Made by a program: the position numbers and the translations under genes
Assembly (NCBI GenBank): GCA_964016885.1
Contig: OZ024741.1
Coordinates: 5,332,001-5,396,000 of the forward strand
DNA length: 64,000 nt
Source of the DNA: Eledone cirrhosa
Taxonomy: Eukaryota
Direction of reading: 5' to 3'
Shown here: positions 37,978-52,454 of the stretch, piece after piece
Numbering within the stretch: position 1 is the first letter of the stretch
Layout: each line of letters begins with the position of its first letter
Notes under the pieces: generated by a model
What the model was told of the DNA's origin: nothing
The model's input: only the letters and a program-made list of their open reading frames with translations
Database searches by the model: none

Positions 37978-38790
37978 GAGGTTATTACAGTGGTCCACTT
38001 GAGGTTATAACAGTGGTCCACTTGAGAAGGTTATTACAGTGGTCCACTTGAGGAGGTCATTACAGTGGTCCACTTGAGGTGGTTATTACAGCGGTCCACT
38101 TGAGGTTATTAAAGTAGTCCAATTGAGGTTATTACAGTGGTCCACTTGAGGTTATTCCAGTGGTCCACTTGAGGAGGTTATTACAGTGGTCCACTTGAGG
38201 TTATTACAGTGGTCCACTTGAGGTTATTACAGTGGTCCACTTGTAGGGGTTATTACAGTGGTGCACATCAGGTTATTACAGTGGTCCACACGAGGTGGCT
38301 ATTACAGTGGTCCACTTGAGGAGGTTATTACAGTGGTCCACTTGAGGTTATTACAGTGGTCCACTTGAGGTTATTACAGTGGTCCACTTGAGAAGGTTAT
38401 TACAGTGGTCCACTTGAGGAGGTTATTACAATGGTCCACTTGGGGAGGTTATTACAGTGGTCCTCTTGAGGAGGCTATTACAGTGGTCCACTTGATGTTA
38501 TTACAGTCGTCCACTTGAGGAGGTTATTACAGTGGTCCACTTGAGGAGGCTATTACAGTGGTCCACTTGAGGTTATTACAGTGGTCCACTTGAGGAGGTT
38601 ATTACAGTGGTCCACTTGAGGAGGTTATTACAGTGGTCCACTTGAGGTTAATACAGAGGTCCACTTGAGGAGGTTATTACAGTGGTCCACTTGAGGTTAT
38701 TACAGTGGTCCATTTGAGGAGGTTATTACAGTGGTCCACTTGAGGAGGTTATTACAGTGGTCAACTTGAGGTTATTACAGTGGTCCACTT

Positions 38791-41700
38791 GAGGAGGTTA
38801 TTACAGTGGTCCACTTGAAGAGGTTATTACAGTGGTCCACTTGAGGTGGCTATTACAGTGGTCCACTTGACGAGGTTATTACGGTGGTCCACTTGAGGAG
38901 GCTATTACAGTGGTCCACTTGAGGAGGCTATTACAGAGGTCCACTTGAGGTGGTTATTACAGTGGTCCACTTGAGGTTATTACAGTGGTCCACTTGAGGA
39001 GGTTATTACAGTGGTTCACTTGAGGTTATTACAGTGGTCCACGTGAGGAGGTTATTACAGTGGTCCACTTGAGGTTATTACAGTGGTCCACTTGAGGTTA
39101 TTACAGTGGTCCACTTGAGGAGGCTATTACAGTGGTCCACTTGAGGTTATTACAGTTGTCCACTTGAGGAAGCTATTACAGTGGTCCACTTGAGGTTATT
39201 ACAGTGGTCCACTTGAGGAGGCTATTACAGTGGTCCACTTGAGGTTATTACAGTGGTCCACTTGAGGTTATTACAGTGGTCCACTTGAGGAGGCTATTAC
39301 AGTGGTCCACTTGATGTTATTACAGTGGTCCACTTGTGGAGGTTATTACAGTGGTCCACTTGAGGTTATTACAGTGGTCGAGTTGAGGTTATTACAATGG
39401 TCCACTTGAGGGGGCTATTACAGTGGTCCACGTGAGAAGGTTATTACAGTGGTCCACTTGAGGTTATTACAGTGGTCCACTTGAGGAGTTTATTACAGTG
39501 GTCCACTTGAGGGGTTATTACAGTGGTCCACTTGAGAAGGTTATTACAGTGGTCCACTTGAGGAGGTTATTACAGTGGTCCACTTGATGTTATTACAGTG
39601 GTCCACTTGAGGAGGCTATTACAGTGGTCCACTTGAGGAGGTTATTACAGTGGTCCACTTGAGGAGGCTATTACAGTGGTCTACTTGAGGTTATTACAGT
39701 GGTCCACTTGAGGGGGTTATTACAGTGGTCCACTTGAGGTTATTACAGTGGTCCAATTGAGGAGGTTATTACAGTGGTCCACTTGAGGTTATTACAGTGG
39801 ACCAATTGAGGAGGTTATTACAGTGGTCCGCTTGAGGAGGTTATTACAGTGGTCCACTTGAGGTTATTACAGTGGTCCACTTGAGGAGGTTATTACAGTG
39901 CTCCACTTGAGGTTATTACAGTGGTCCACTTGAGGAGGTTATTACAGTGGTCCGTTTGAGGAGGTTATTACAGTGGTCCACTTGAGGTTATTACAGTGGT
40001 CCACTTGAGGAGGTTATTACAGTGGTCCAATTGAGGAGGTTATTACAGTGGTCCACTTGAGGAGGTTATTACAGTGGTCCACTTGAGGAGGTTATTACAG
40101 AGGTCCAATTGAGGAGGTTATTACAGTGGTCCACTTGAGGAGGTTATTACAGTGGTCCAGTTGAGGTTATTACAGTGGTACACTAGAGGAGGTTATTACA
40201 GTGGTCCACTTGAGGTTATTACAGTGGTCCACTTGAGGAGGTTATTACAGTGGTCCACTTGAGGTTATTACAGTGGTCCACTTGAGGAGGCTATTACAGT
40301 GGTCCACTTGAGGTTATTACAGTGGTCCACTTGAGGAGGTTATTACAGTGGTCCACTTGAGGTTATTACAGTGGTCCACTTGAGGAGGTTATTACAGTGG
40401 TCCAATTGAGGAGGTTATTACAGTGGTCCACTTGAGGTTATTACAGTGGGCCACTAGAGGAGGTTATTACAGTGGTCCACTTGAGGTTATTACAGTGGTC
40501 CACTTGAGGAGGCTATTACAGTGGTCCACTTGAGGAGGTTATTACAGTGGTCCACTTGAGGAGGTTATTACAGTAGTCCACTTGAGGTGGTTATTACAGT
40601 GGTCCACTTGAGGTGGTTATTACAGTGGTCCACTTGAGGAGGCTATTACAGTGGTCCACTTGAGGAGGTTATTACAGTGGTCCACTTGAGGTTATTACAG
40701 TGGTCCACTTGAGGTTATTATAGTGGTTCACTTGAGGAGGCTATTACAGTGGTCCACTTGAGGTTATTACAGTGGTCCACTTGAGGAGGCTATTAAAGTG
40801 GTCCACTTGAGGTTATTACAGTGATCCACTTGAGGAGGCTATTACAGTGGTCCACTTGAGGTTATTTCAGTGATCCACTTGAGGAGGTTATTACAGTGGT
40901 CCACTTGAGGTTATTACAGTGGTCCACTTGAGGTTATTACAGTGGTCCACTTGAGGGGGCTATTACAGTGGTCCACTTGAGAAGGTTATTACAGTGGTCA
41001 AGTTGAGGTTATTACAGTGGTCCCCTTGAGGAGGCTATTACAGTGGTCCACTTGAGAAGGCTATTACAGTGGTCCACTTGAGAAGGTTATTACAGTGGTC
41101 CACTTGAGGTTATTACAGTGGACCATTTGAGGAGGTTATTATAGTGCTCCACTTGAGGAGGTTATTACAGTGGTCCACTTGAGGAGGTTATTACAGTGGT
41201 CCACTTGAGGAGGTTATTACAGTGGTCCACTTGAGGAGGTTATTACAGTGGTCCACTTGAGGTGGCTATTACAGTGGTTCACTTGAGGTTATTACATTGG
41301 TCCAATTGAGGAGGTTATTACAGTGGTCCACTTGAGGAGGCTATTACAGTGGTCCACTTGAGGTTATTACAGTGGTCCACTTGAGGAGGTTAATACAGTG
41401 GTCCACTTGAGTTTATTACAGTGGTCCACTTGAGGAGGCTATTACAGTGGTCCACTTGAGGAGGTTATTACAGTGGTCCACTTGAGGTTATTACAGTGGT
41501 CCACTTGTGGAGGCTATTACAGTGGTCCACTTGAGGTTATTACAGTGGTCCACTTGAGGAGGTTATTACAGTGGTCCACTTGAGGTTATTACAGTGGTCC
41601 ACTTGAGGAGGCTATTACAGTGGTCCATTTGAGGTTATTACAGTGGTCCACTTGAGGAGGTTATTACAGTGGTCCACTTGAGGTTATTACAGTGGTCCAC

Positions 41701-44700
41701 TTGAGGTTATTACAGTTGTCCACTTGATGTTATTACAGTGGTCCACTTGAGGAGGCTATTACAGTGGTCCACTTGAGGTTATTACAGTGATCCACTTGAG
41801 GAGGTTATTACAGTGGTCCATTTGAGGTTATTACAGTGATCCACTTGAGGTTATTACAGTGGTCCACTTGAGGAGGCTATTACAGTGGTCCACTTGAGGT
41901 TATTACAGTTGTCCACTTGAGGAAGCTATTACAGTGGTCCACTTGAGGTTATTACAGTGGTCCACTTGAGGAGGCTATTAGAGTGGTCCACTTGAGGTTA
42001 TTACAGTGGTCCACTTCAGGTTATTACAGTGGTCCACTTGAGGAGGCTATTACAGTGGTCCACTTGATGTTATTACAGTGGTCCACTTGTGGAGGTTATT
42101 ACAGTGGTCCACTTGAGGTTATTACAGTGGTCGACTTGAGGTTATTACAGTGGTCCACTTGTGGAGGTTATTACAATGGTCCACTTGAGGAGGTTATTAC
42201 AGTGGTCCACTTGAGGTTATTACAGTGGTCCACTTGAGGAGGTTATTACAGTGGTCCACTTGAGGTTATTACAGTGGTCCACTTGAGGATTTTATTACAG
42301 TGGTCCACTTGAGGTTATTACAATGGTCCACATGAGGATTTTATTACAGTGTTCCACTTGAGGAGGTTATTACAGTGGTCCACTTGAGGAGGTTATTACA
42401 GTGGTCCACTTGAGATTATTACAGTGGTCCACTTGAGGTTATTACAGTGGTCCACTTGAGGTGGCTATTAAAGTGGTCCACTTGTGGACGTTATTACAGT
42501 GGTCCACTTGAGGTTATTACAGTGGTCCACTTGAGGTGGCTATTACAGTGGTCTACTTGAGGAGGCTATTACAGTGGTCCACTTGAGGAGGTTATTACAG
42601 TGGTCCACTTGAGGAGGTTATTACAGTGGTCCACTTGAGGTTATTACAGTGGTCCAATTGAGGAGGTTATTACAGTGGTCCACTTGAGGAGGTTATTACA
42701 GTGGTCCACTTGAGGTTATTACAGTGTTCCACTTGAGGTGGTTACTACAGTGGTCCACTTGAGGAGGTTATTACAGTGGCCCAGTTGAGGAGGTTATTAC
42801 AGTGGTCCACTTGAGGCTATTACAGTGGTCCACTTGAGGAGGCCATTACAGTGGTCCACTTGAGGTTATTACAGTGGTCCACTTGAGGAGGCTATTACAG
42901 CGGTCCAATTGAGGTTATTACAGTGGTCCACTTGAGGAGGTTATTACAGTGGTCCACTTGAGGTTATTACAGTGGTCCACTTGAGGAGGCTATTACAGTG
43001 GTCCACTTGAGAAGGTTATTACAGTGGCCCACTTGAGGTTATTACAGTGGTCCACTTGAGGATGTTTTTAGAGTTGTCAACTTGAGGAGGTTATTACAGT
43101 GGTCCAATTGAGAAGGGTATTACAGTGGTCCACTTGAGGAGGCTATTACAGTGGTCCACTTGAGAAGGTCATTACAGTGGCCCACTTGAGGTTATTACAG
43201 TGGTCCACTTGAGGATGTTTTTAGAGTTGTCCACTTGAGGAGGTTATTACAGTGGTCCAATTGATAAGGTTATTACAGTGGTCCACTTGAGGTCATTACA
43301 GCGGTCCACTTGAGGTTATTAAAGTAGTCCAATTGAGGTTATTACAGTGGTCCACTTGAGGTTATTAAAGTAGTCCAATTGAGGTTATTACAGTGGTCCA
43401 CTTGAGGTTATTCCAGTGATCCACTTGAGGAGGTTATTACAGTGGTCCACTTGAGGTTATTACAGTGGTCCACTTGAGGTTATTACAGTGGTCCACTTGT
43501 AGGGGTTATTACAGTGGTGCACTTCAGGTTATTACAGTGGTCCACATGAGGATTTTATTACAGTGGTCCACTTGAGGTGGCTATTACAGTGGTCCACTTG
43601 AGGAGGTTATTACAGTGGTCTACTTGAGGTTATTACAGTGGTCCACTTGAGGTTATTACAGTGGTCCACTTGAGAAGGTTATTACAGTGGTCCACTTGAG
43701 GAGGTTATTACAATGGTCCACTTGGGGAGGTTATTACAGTGGTCCTCTTGAGGAGGCTATTACAGTGGTCCACTTGAGGTTATTACAGTGGTCCACTTGA
43801 GGAGGTTATTACAGTGGTCCACTTGAGGAGGCTATTACAGTGGTCCACTTGAGGTTAATACAGAGGTCCACTTGAGGAGGTTATTACAGTGGTCCACTTG
43901 AGGTTATTACAGTGGTCCATTTGAGGAGGTTATTACAGTGGTCCACTTGAGGAGGTTATTACAGTGGTCCACTTGAGGTTATTACAGTGGTCCATTTGAG
44001 GAGGTTATTACAGTGGTCCACTTGAGGAGGTTATTACAGTGGTCCACTTGAGGTTATTACAGTGGTCCATTTGTAGAGGTTATTACAGTGGTGCACTTCA
44101 GGTTATTACAGTGGTCCACATGAGGATTTTATTACAGTGGTCCACTTGAGGTAGCTATTACAGTGGTCCACTTGAGGAGGTTATTACAGTGGTCCACTTT
44201 AGGTTATTACAGTGGTCCACCTGAGGTTATTACAGTGGTCCACTTGAGGAGGTTATTACAGTGGTCCACTTCAGGTTATTACAGTGGTGCACCTGAGGAG
44301 CCTATTACAGTGGTCCACTTGAGGTTATTAAAGTGGTCCACTTGAGGAGGTTATTACAGTGGTACATTTTAGGTGGCTATTACAGTGGTCCACTTGAGGA
44401 GGTTATTACAGTGGTCCACTTGAGGAGGTTATTACAGTGGTCCACTTGAGGAGGTTATTACAGTGGTCCACTTGAGGTTATTACAGTGGTCCACGTGAGG
44501 AGGCTATTACAGTGGTCCACTTGAGGTGGCTATTACAGTGGTCCACTTGACGAGGTTATTACGGTGGTCCACTTGAGGAGGCTATTACAGTGGTCCACTT
44601 GAGGAGGCTATTACAGAGGTCCACTTGAGGTGGCTATTACAGTGGTCCACTTGAGGTTATTACAGTGGTCCACTTGAGGAGGTTATTACAGTGGTCCACT

Positions 44701-47700
44701 TGAGGTTATTACAGTGGTCCACGTGAGGAGGCTATTACAGTGGTCCACTTGAGGAGGCTATTACAGTGGTCCACTTGAGGAGGCTATTACAGTGGTCCAC
44801 TTGAGGTTATTACAGTGGTCCACTTGAGTAGGCTATTACAGAGGTCCACTTGAGGTTATTACAGTGGTCCACTTGAGGTTATTACAGTGGTCTTCTTGAT
44901 GTTATTACAGTGGTCCACTTGAAGTTATTACAGTGGTCCACTTGAGGAGGCTATTACAGAGGTCCACTTGAGATTATTACAGTGGTCCACTTGAGGAGGT
45001 TATTACAGTGGTCCACTTAAGGAGGTTATTACAGTGGTCCACTTGAGGAGACTATTACAGTGGTTCACTTGAGGAGGTTATTACAGTGGTCCACTTGAGG
45101 AGGTTATTACAGTGGTCCACTTGAGGTTATTACAGTGGTCCAATTGAGGAGGTTATTACAGTGGTCCACTTGAGGAGGCTATTACAGTGGTCCATTTGAG
45201 GTTATTACAGTGGTCCACTTGAGGAGGTTATTACAGTGGTCCACTTGAGGTTATTACAGTGGTCCACTTGAGGTTATTACAGTTGTCCACTTGAGGTTAT
45301 TACAGTGGTCCACTTGAGAAGGCTATTACAGTGGTCCACTTGAGGTTATTACAGTGATCCACTTGAGGAGGTTATTACAGTGGTCCACTTGAGGTTATTA
45401 CAGTGGTCCACTTGAGGTTATTACAGTTGTCCACTTGAGGAGGCTATTACAGTGGTCCACTTGAGGTTATTACAGTTGTCCACTTGAGGAAGCTATTACA
45501 GTGGTCCACTTGAGGTTATTACAGTGGTCCACTTGAGGAAGCTATTACAGTGGTCCACTTGAGGTTATTACAGTGGTCCACTTGAGGAGGCTATTACAGT
45601 GGTCCACTTGAGGAGGTTATTACAGTGGTCCACTTGAAGAGGTTATTACAGTGGTCCACTTGAGGTGGCTATTACAGTGGTCCACTTGACGAGGTTATTA
45701 CGGTGGTCCACTTGAGGAGGCTATTACAGTGGTCCACTTGAGGAGGCTATTACAGAGGTCCACTTGAGGTGGTTATTACAGTGGTCCACTTGAGGTTATT
45801 ACAGTGGTCCACTTGAGGAGGTTATTACAGTGGTCCACTTGAGGTTATTACAGTGGTCCACGTGAGGAGGTTATTACAGTGGTCCACTTGAGGTTATTAC
45901 AGTGGTCCACTTGAGGTTATTACAGTGGTCCACTTGAGGAGGCTATTACAGTGGTCCACTTGAGGTTATTACAGTTGTCCACTTGAGGAAGCTATTACAG
46001 TGGTCCACTTGAGGTTATTACAGTGGTCCACTTGAGGAGGCTATTACAGTGGTCCACTTGAGGTTATTACAGTGGTCCACTTGAGGTTATTACAGTGGTC
46101 CACTTGAGGAGGCTATTACAGTGGTCCACTTGATGTTATTACAGTGGTCCACTTGTGGAGGTTATTACAGTGGTCCACTTGAGGTTATTACAGTGGTCGA
46201 GTTGAGGTTATTACAGTGGTCCACTTGAGGGGGCTATTACAGTGGTCCACGTGAGAAGGTTATTACAGTGGTCCACTTGAGGTTATTACAGTGGTCCACT
46301 TGAGGAGTTTATTACAGTGGTCCACTTGAGGGGTTATTACAGTGGTCCACTTGAGAAGGTTATTACAGTGGTCCACTTGAGGAGGTTATTACAGTGGTCC
46401 ACTTGATGTTATTACAGTGGTCCACTTGAGGAGGCTATTACAGTGGTCCACTTGAGGAGGTTATTACAGTGGTCCACTTGAGGAGGCTATTACAGTGGTC
46501 TACTTGAGGTTATTACAGTGGTCCACTTGAGGGGGTTATTACAGTGGTCCACTTGAGGTTATTACAGTGGTCCAATTGAGGAGGTTATTACAGTGGTCCA
46601 CTTGAGGTTATTACAGTGGACCAATTGAGGAGGTTATTACAGTGGTCCGCTTGAGGAGGTTATTACAGTGGTCCACTTGAGGTTATTACAGTGGTCCACT
46701 TGAGGAGGTTATTACAGTGCTCCACTTGAGGTTATTACAGTGGTCCACTTGAGGAGGTTATTACAGTGGTCCGTTTGAGGAGGTTATTACAGTGGTCCAC
46801 TTGAGGTTATTACAGTGGTCCACTTGAGGAGGTTATTACAGTGGTCCAATTGAGGAGGTTATTACAGTGGTCCACTTGAGGAGGTTATTACAGTGGTCCA
46901 CTTGAGGAGGTTATTACAGAGGTCCAATTGAGGAGGTTATTACAGTGGTCCACTTGAGGAGGTTATTACAGTGGTCCAGTTGAGGTTATTACAGTGGTAC
47001 ACTAGAGGAGGTTATTACAGTGGTCCACTTGAGGTTATTACAGTGGTCCACTTGAGGAGGTTATTACAGTGGTCCACTTGAGGTTATTACAGTGGTCCAC
47101 TTGAGGAGGCTATTACAGTGGTCCACTTGAGGTTATTACAGTGGTCCACTTGAGGAGGTTATTACAGTGGTCCACTTGAGGTTATTACAGTGGTCCACTT
47201 GAGGAGGTTATTACAGTGGTCCAATTGAGGAGGTTATTACAGTGGTCCACTTGAGGTTATTACAGTGGGCCACTAGAGGAGGTTATTACAGTGGTCCACT
47301 TGAGGTTATTACAGTGGTCCACTTGAGGAGGCTATTACAGTGGTCCACTTGAGGAGGTTATTACAGTGGTCCACTTGAGGAGGTTATTACAGTAGTCCAC
47401 TTGAGGTGGTTATTACAGTGGTCCACTTGAGGTGGTTATTACAGTGGTCCACTTGAGGAGGCTATTACAGTGGTCCACTTGAGGAGGTTATTACAGTGGT
47501 CCACTTGAGGTTATTACAGTGGTCCACTTGAGGTTATTATAGTGGTTCACTTGAGGAGGCTATTACAGTGGTCCACTTGAGGTTATTACAGTGGTCCACT
47601 TGAGGAGGCTATTAAAGTGGTCCACTTGAGGTTATTACAGTGATCCACTTGAGGAGGCTATTACAGTGGTCCACTTGAGGTTATTTCAGTGATCCACTTG

Positions 47701-50700
47701 AGGAGGTTATTACAGTGGTCCACTTGAGGTTATTACAGTGGTCCACTTGAGGTTATTACAGTGGTCCACTTGAGGGGGCTATTACAGTGGTCCACTTGAG
47801 AAGGTTATTACAGTGGTCAAGTTGAGGTTATTACAGTGGTCCCCTTGAGGAGGCTATTACAGTGGTCCACTTGAGAAGGCTATTACAGTGGTCCACTTGA
47901 GAAGGTTATTACAGTGGTCCACTTGAGGTTATTACAGTGGACCATTTGAGGAGGTTATTATAGTGCTCCACTTGAGGAGGTTATTACAGTGGTCCACTTG
48001 AGGAGGTTATTACAGTGGTCCACTTGAGGAGGTTATTACAGTGGTCCACTTGAGGAGGTTATTACAGTGGTCCACTTGAGGTGGCTATTACAGTGGTTCA
48101 CTTGAGGTTATTACATTGGTCCAATTGAGGAGGTTATTACAGTGGTCCACTTGAGGAGGCTATTACAGTGGTCCACTTGAGGTTATTACAGTGGTCCACT
48201 TGAGGAGGTTAATACAGTGGTCCACTTGAGTTTATTACAGTGGTCCACTTGAGGAGGCTATTACAGTGGTCCACTTGAGGAGGTTATTACAGTGGTCCAC
48301 TTGAGGTTATTACAGTGGTCCACTTGTGGAGGCTATTACAGTGGTCCACTTGAGGTTATTACAGTGGTCCACTTGAGGAGGTTATTACAGTGGTCCACTT
48401 GAGGTTATTACAGTGGTCCACTTGAGGAGGCTATTACAGTGGTCCATTTGAGGTTATTACAGTGGTCCACTTGAGGAGGTTATTACAGTGGTCCACTTGA
48501 GGTTATTACAGTGGTCCACTTGAGGTTATTACAGTTGTCCACTTGATGTTATTACAGTGGTCCACTTGAGGAGGCTATTACAGTGGTCCACTTGAGGTTA
48601 TTACAGTGATCCACTTGAGGAGGTTATTACAGTGGTCCATTTGAGGTTATTACAGTGATCCACTTGAGGTTATTACAGTGGTCCACTTGAGGAGGCTATT
48701 ACAGTGGTCCACTTGAGGTTATTACAGTTGTCCACTTGAGGAAGCTATTACAGTGGTCCACTTGAGGTTATTACAGTGGTCCACTTGAGGAGGCTATTAG
48801 AGTGGTCCACTTGAGGTTATTACAGTGGTCCACTTCAGGTTATTACAGTGGTCCACTTGAGGAGGCTATTACAGTGGTCCACTTGATGTTATTACAGTGG
48901 TCCACTTGTGGAGGTTATTACAGTGGTCCACTTGAGGTTATTACAGTGGTCGACTTGAGGTTATTACAGTGGTCCACTTGTGGAGGTTATTACAATGGTC
49001 CACTTGAGGAGGTTATTACAGTGGTCCACTTGAGGTTATTACAGTGGTCCACTTGAGGAGGTTATTACAGTGGTCCACTTGAGGTTATTACAGTGGTCCA
49101 CTTGAGGATTTTATTACAGTGGTCCACTTGAGGTTATTACAATGGTCCACATGAGGATTTTATTACAGTGTTCCACTTGAGGAGGTTATTACAGTGGTCC
49201 ACTTGAGGAGGTTATTACAGTGGTCCACTTGAGATTATTACAGTGGTCCACTTGAGGTTATTACAGTGGTCCACTTGAGGTGGCTATTAAAGTGGTCCAC
49301 TTGTGGACGTTATTACAGTGGTCCACTTGAGGTTATTACAGTGGTCCACTTGAGGTGGCTATTACAGTGGTCTACTTGAGGAGGCTATTACAGTGGTCCA
49401 CTTGAGGAGGTTATTACAGTGGTCCACTTGAGGAGGTTATTACAGTGGTCCACTTGAGGTTATTACAGTGGTCCAATTGAGGAGGTTATTACAGTGGTCC
49501 ACTTGAGGAGGTTATTACAGTGGTCCACTTGAGGTTATTACAGTGTTCCACTTGAGGTGGTTACTACAGTGGTCCACTTGAGGAGGTTATTACAGTGGCC
49601 CAGTTGAGGAGGTTATTACAGTGGTCCACTTGAGGCTATTACAGTGGTCCACTTGAGGAGGCCATTACAGTGGTCCACTTGAGGTTATTACAGTGGTCCA
49701 CTTGAGGAGGCTATTACAGCGGTCCAATTGAGGTTATTACAGTGGTCCACTTGAGGAGGTTATTACAGTGGTCCACTTGAGGTTATTACAGTGGTCCACT
49801 TGAGGAGGCTATTACAGTGGTCCACTTGAGAAGGTTATTACAGTGGCCCACTTGAGGTTATTACAGTGGTCCACTTGAGGATGTTTTTAGAGTTGTCAAC
49901 TTGAGGAGGTTATTACAGTGGTCCAATTGAGAAGGGTATTACAGTGGTCCACTTGAGGAGGCTATTACAGTGGTCCACTTGAGAAGGTCATTACAGTGGC
50001 CCACTTGAGGTTATTACAGTGGTCCACTTGAGGATGTTTTTAGAGTTGTCCACTTGAGGAGGTTATTACAGTGGTCCAATTGATAAGGTTATTACAGTGG
50101 TCCACTTGAGGTCATTACAGTGGTCCACTTGAGGTGGTTATTACAGCGGTCCACTTGAGGTTATTAAAGTAGTCCAATTGAGGTTATTACAGTGGTCCAC
50201 TTGAGGTTATTAAAGTAGTCCAATTGAGGTTATTACAGTGGTCCACTTGAGGTTATTCCAGTGATCCACTTGAGGAGGTTATTACAGTGGTCCACTTGAG
50301 GTTATTACAGTGGTCCACTTGAGGTTATTACAGTGGTCCACTTGTAGGGGTTATTACAGTGGTGCACTTCAGGTTATTACAGTGGTCCACATGAGGATTT
50401 TATTACAGTGGTCCACTTGAGGTGGCTATTACAGTGGTCCACTTGAGGAGGTTATTACAGTGGTCTACTTGAGGTTATTACAGTGGTCCACTTGAGGTTA
50501 TTACAGTGGTCCACTTGAGAAGGTTATTACAGTGGTCCACTTGAGGAGGTTATTACAATGGTCCACTTGGGGAGGTTATTACAGTGGTCCTCTTGAGGAG
50601 GCTATTACAGTGGTCCACTTGAGGTTATTACAGTGGTCCACTTGAGGAGGTTATTACAGTGGTCCACTTGAGGAGGCTATTACAGTGGTCCACTTGAGGT

Positions 50701-52454
50701 TAATACAGAGGTCCACTTGAGGAGGTTATTACAGTGGTCCACTTGAGGTTATTACAGTGGTCCATTTGAGGAGGTTATTACAGTGGTCCACTTGAGGAGG
50801 TTATTACAGTGGTCCACTTGAGGTTATTACAGTGGTCCATTTGAGGAGGTTATTACAGTGGTCCACTTGAGGAGGTTATTACAGTGGTCCACTTGAGGTT
50901 ATTACAGTGGTCCACTTGTAGAGGTTATTACAGTGGTGCACTTCAGGTTATTACAGTGGTCCACATGAGGATTTTATTACAGTGGTCCACTTGAGGTAGC
51001 TATTACAGTGGTCCACTTGAGGAGGTTATTACAGTGGTCCACTTTAGGTTATTACAGTGGTCCACCTGAGGTTATTACAGTGGTCCACTTGAGGAGGTTA
51101 TTACAGTGGTCCACTTCAGGTTATTACAGTGGTGCACCTGAGGAGCCTATTACAGTGGTCCACTTGAGGTTATTAAAGTGGTCCACTTGAGGAGGTTATT
51201 ACAGTGGTACATTTTAGGTGGCTATTACAGTGGTCCACTTGAGGAGGTTATTACAGTGGTCCACTTGAGGAGGTTATTACAGTGGTCCACTTGAGGAGGT
51301 TATTACAGTGGTCCACTTGAGGTTATTACAGTGGTCCACGTGAGGAGGCTATTACAGTGGTCCACTTGAGGTGGCTATTACAGTGGTCCACTTGACGAGG
51401 TTATTACGGTGGTCCACTTGAGGAGGCTATTACAGTGGTCCACTTGAGGAGGCTATTACAGAGGTCCACTTGAGGTGGCTATTACAGTGGTCCACTTGAG
51501 GTTATTACAGTGGTCCACTTGAGGAGGTTATTACAGTGGTCCACTTGAGGTTATTACAGTGGTCCACGTGAGGAGGCTATTACAGTGGTCCACTTGAGGA
51601 GGCTATTACAGTGGTCCACTTGAGGAGGCTATTACAGTGGTCCACTTGAGGTTATTACAGTGGTCCACTTGAGTAGGCTATTACAGAGGTCCACTTGAGG
51701 TTATTACAGTGGTCCACTTGAGGTTATTACAGTGGTCTTCTTGATGTTATTACAGTGGTCCACTTGAAGTTATTACAGTGGTCCACTTGAGGAGGCTATT
51801 ACAGAGGTCCACTTGAGATTATTACAGTGGTCCACTTGAGGAGGTTATTACAGTGGTCCACTTAAGGAGGTTATTACAGTGGTCCACTTGAGGAGACTAT
51901 TACAGTGGTTCACTTGAGGAGGTTATTACAGTGGTCCACTTGAGGAGGTTATTACAGTGGTCCACTTGAGGTTATTACAGTGGTCCAATTGAGGAGGTTA
52001 TTACAGTGGTCCACTTGAGGAGGCTATTACAGTGGTCCATTTGAGGTTATTACAGTGGTCCACTTGAGGAGGTTATTACAGTGGTCCACTTGAGGTTATT
52101 ACAGTGGTCCACTTGAGGTTATTACAGTTGTCCACTTGAGGTTATTACAGTGGTCCACTTGAGGAGGCTATTACAGTGGTCCACTTGAGGTTATTACAGT
52201 GATCCACTTGAGGAGGTTATTACAGTGGTCCACTTGAGGTTATTACAGTGGTCCACTTGAGGTTATTACAGTTGTCCACTTGAGGAGGCTATTACAGTGG
52301 TCCACTTGAGGTTATTACAGTTGTCCACTTGAGGAAGCTATTACAGTGGTCCACTTGAGGTTATTACAGTGGTCCACTTGAGGAAGCTATTACAGTGGTC
52401 CACTTGAGGTTATTACAGTGGTCCACTTGAGGAGGCTATTACAGTGGTCCACTT
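38791..52454 (+). repeat. ~6.8 kb direct tandem duplication (copy A 38791-45609, copy B 45610-52454)
   Basis: GAAGAGG 38817/45636 and ORFs 41983/48802 give offset 6819; ORFs 44163/51008 give 6845. Both copies share GGTCTAC (about 42551/49370) and a doubled AAAGTAGTCCAAT. Confidence 0.92.
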
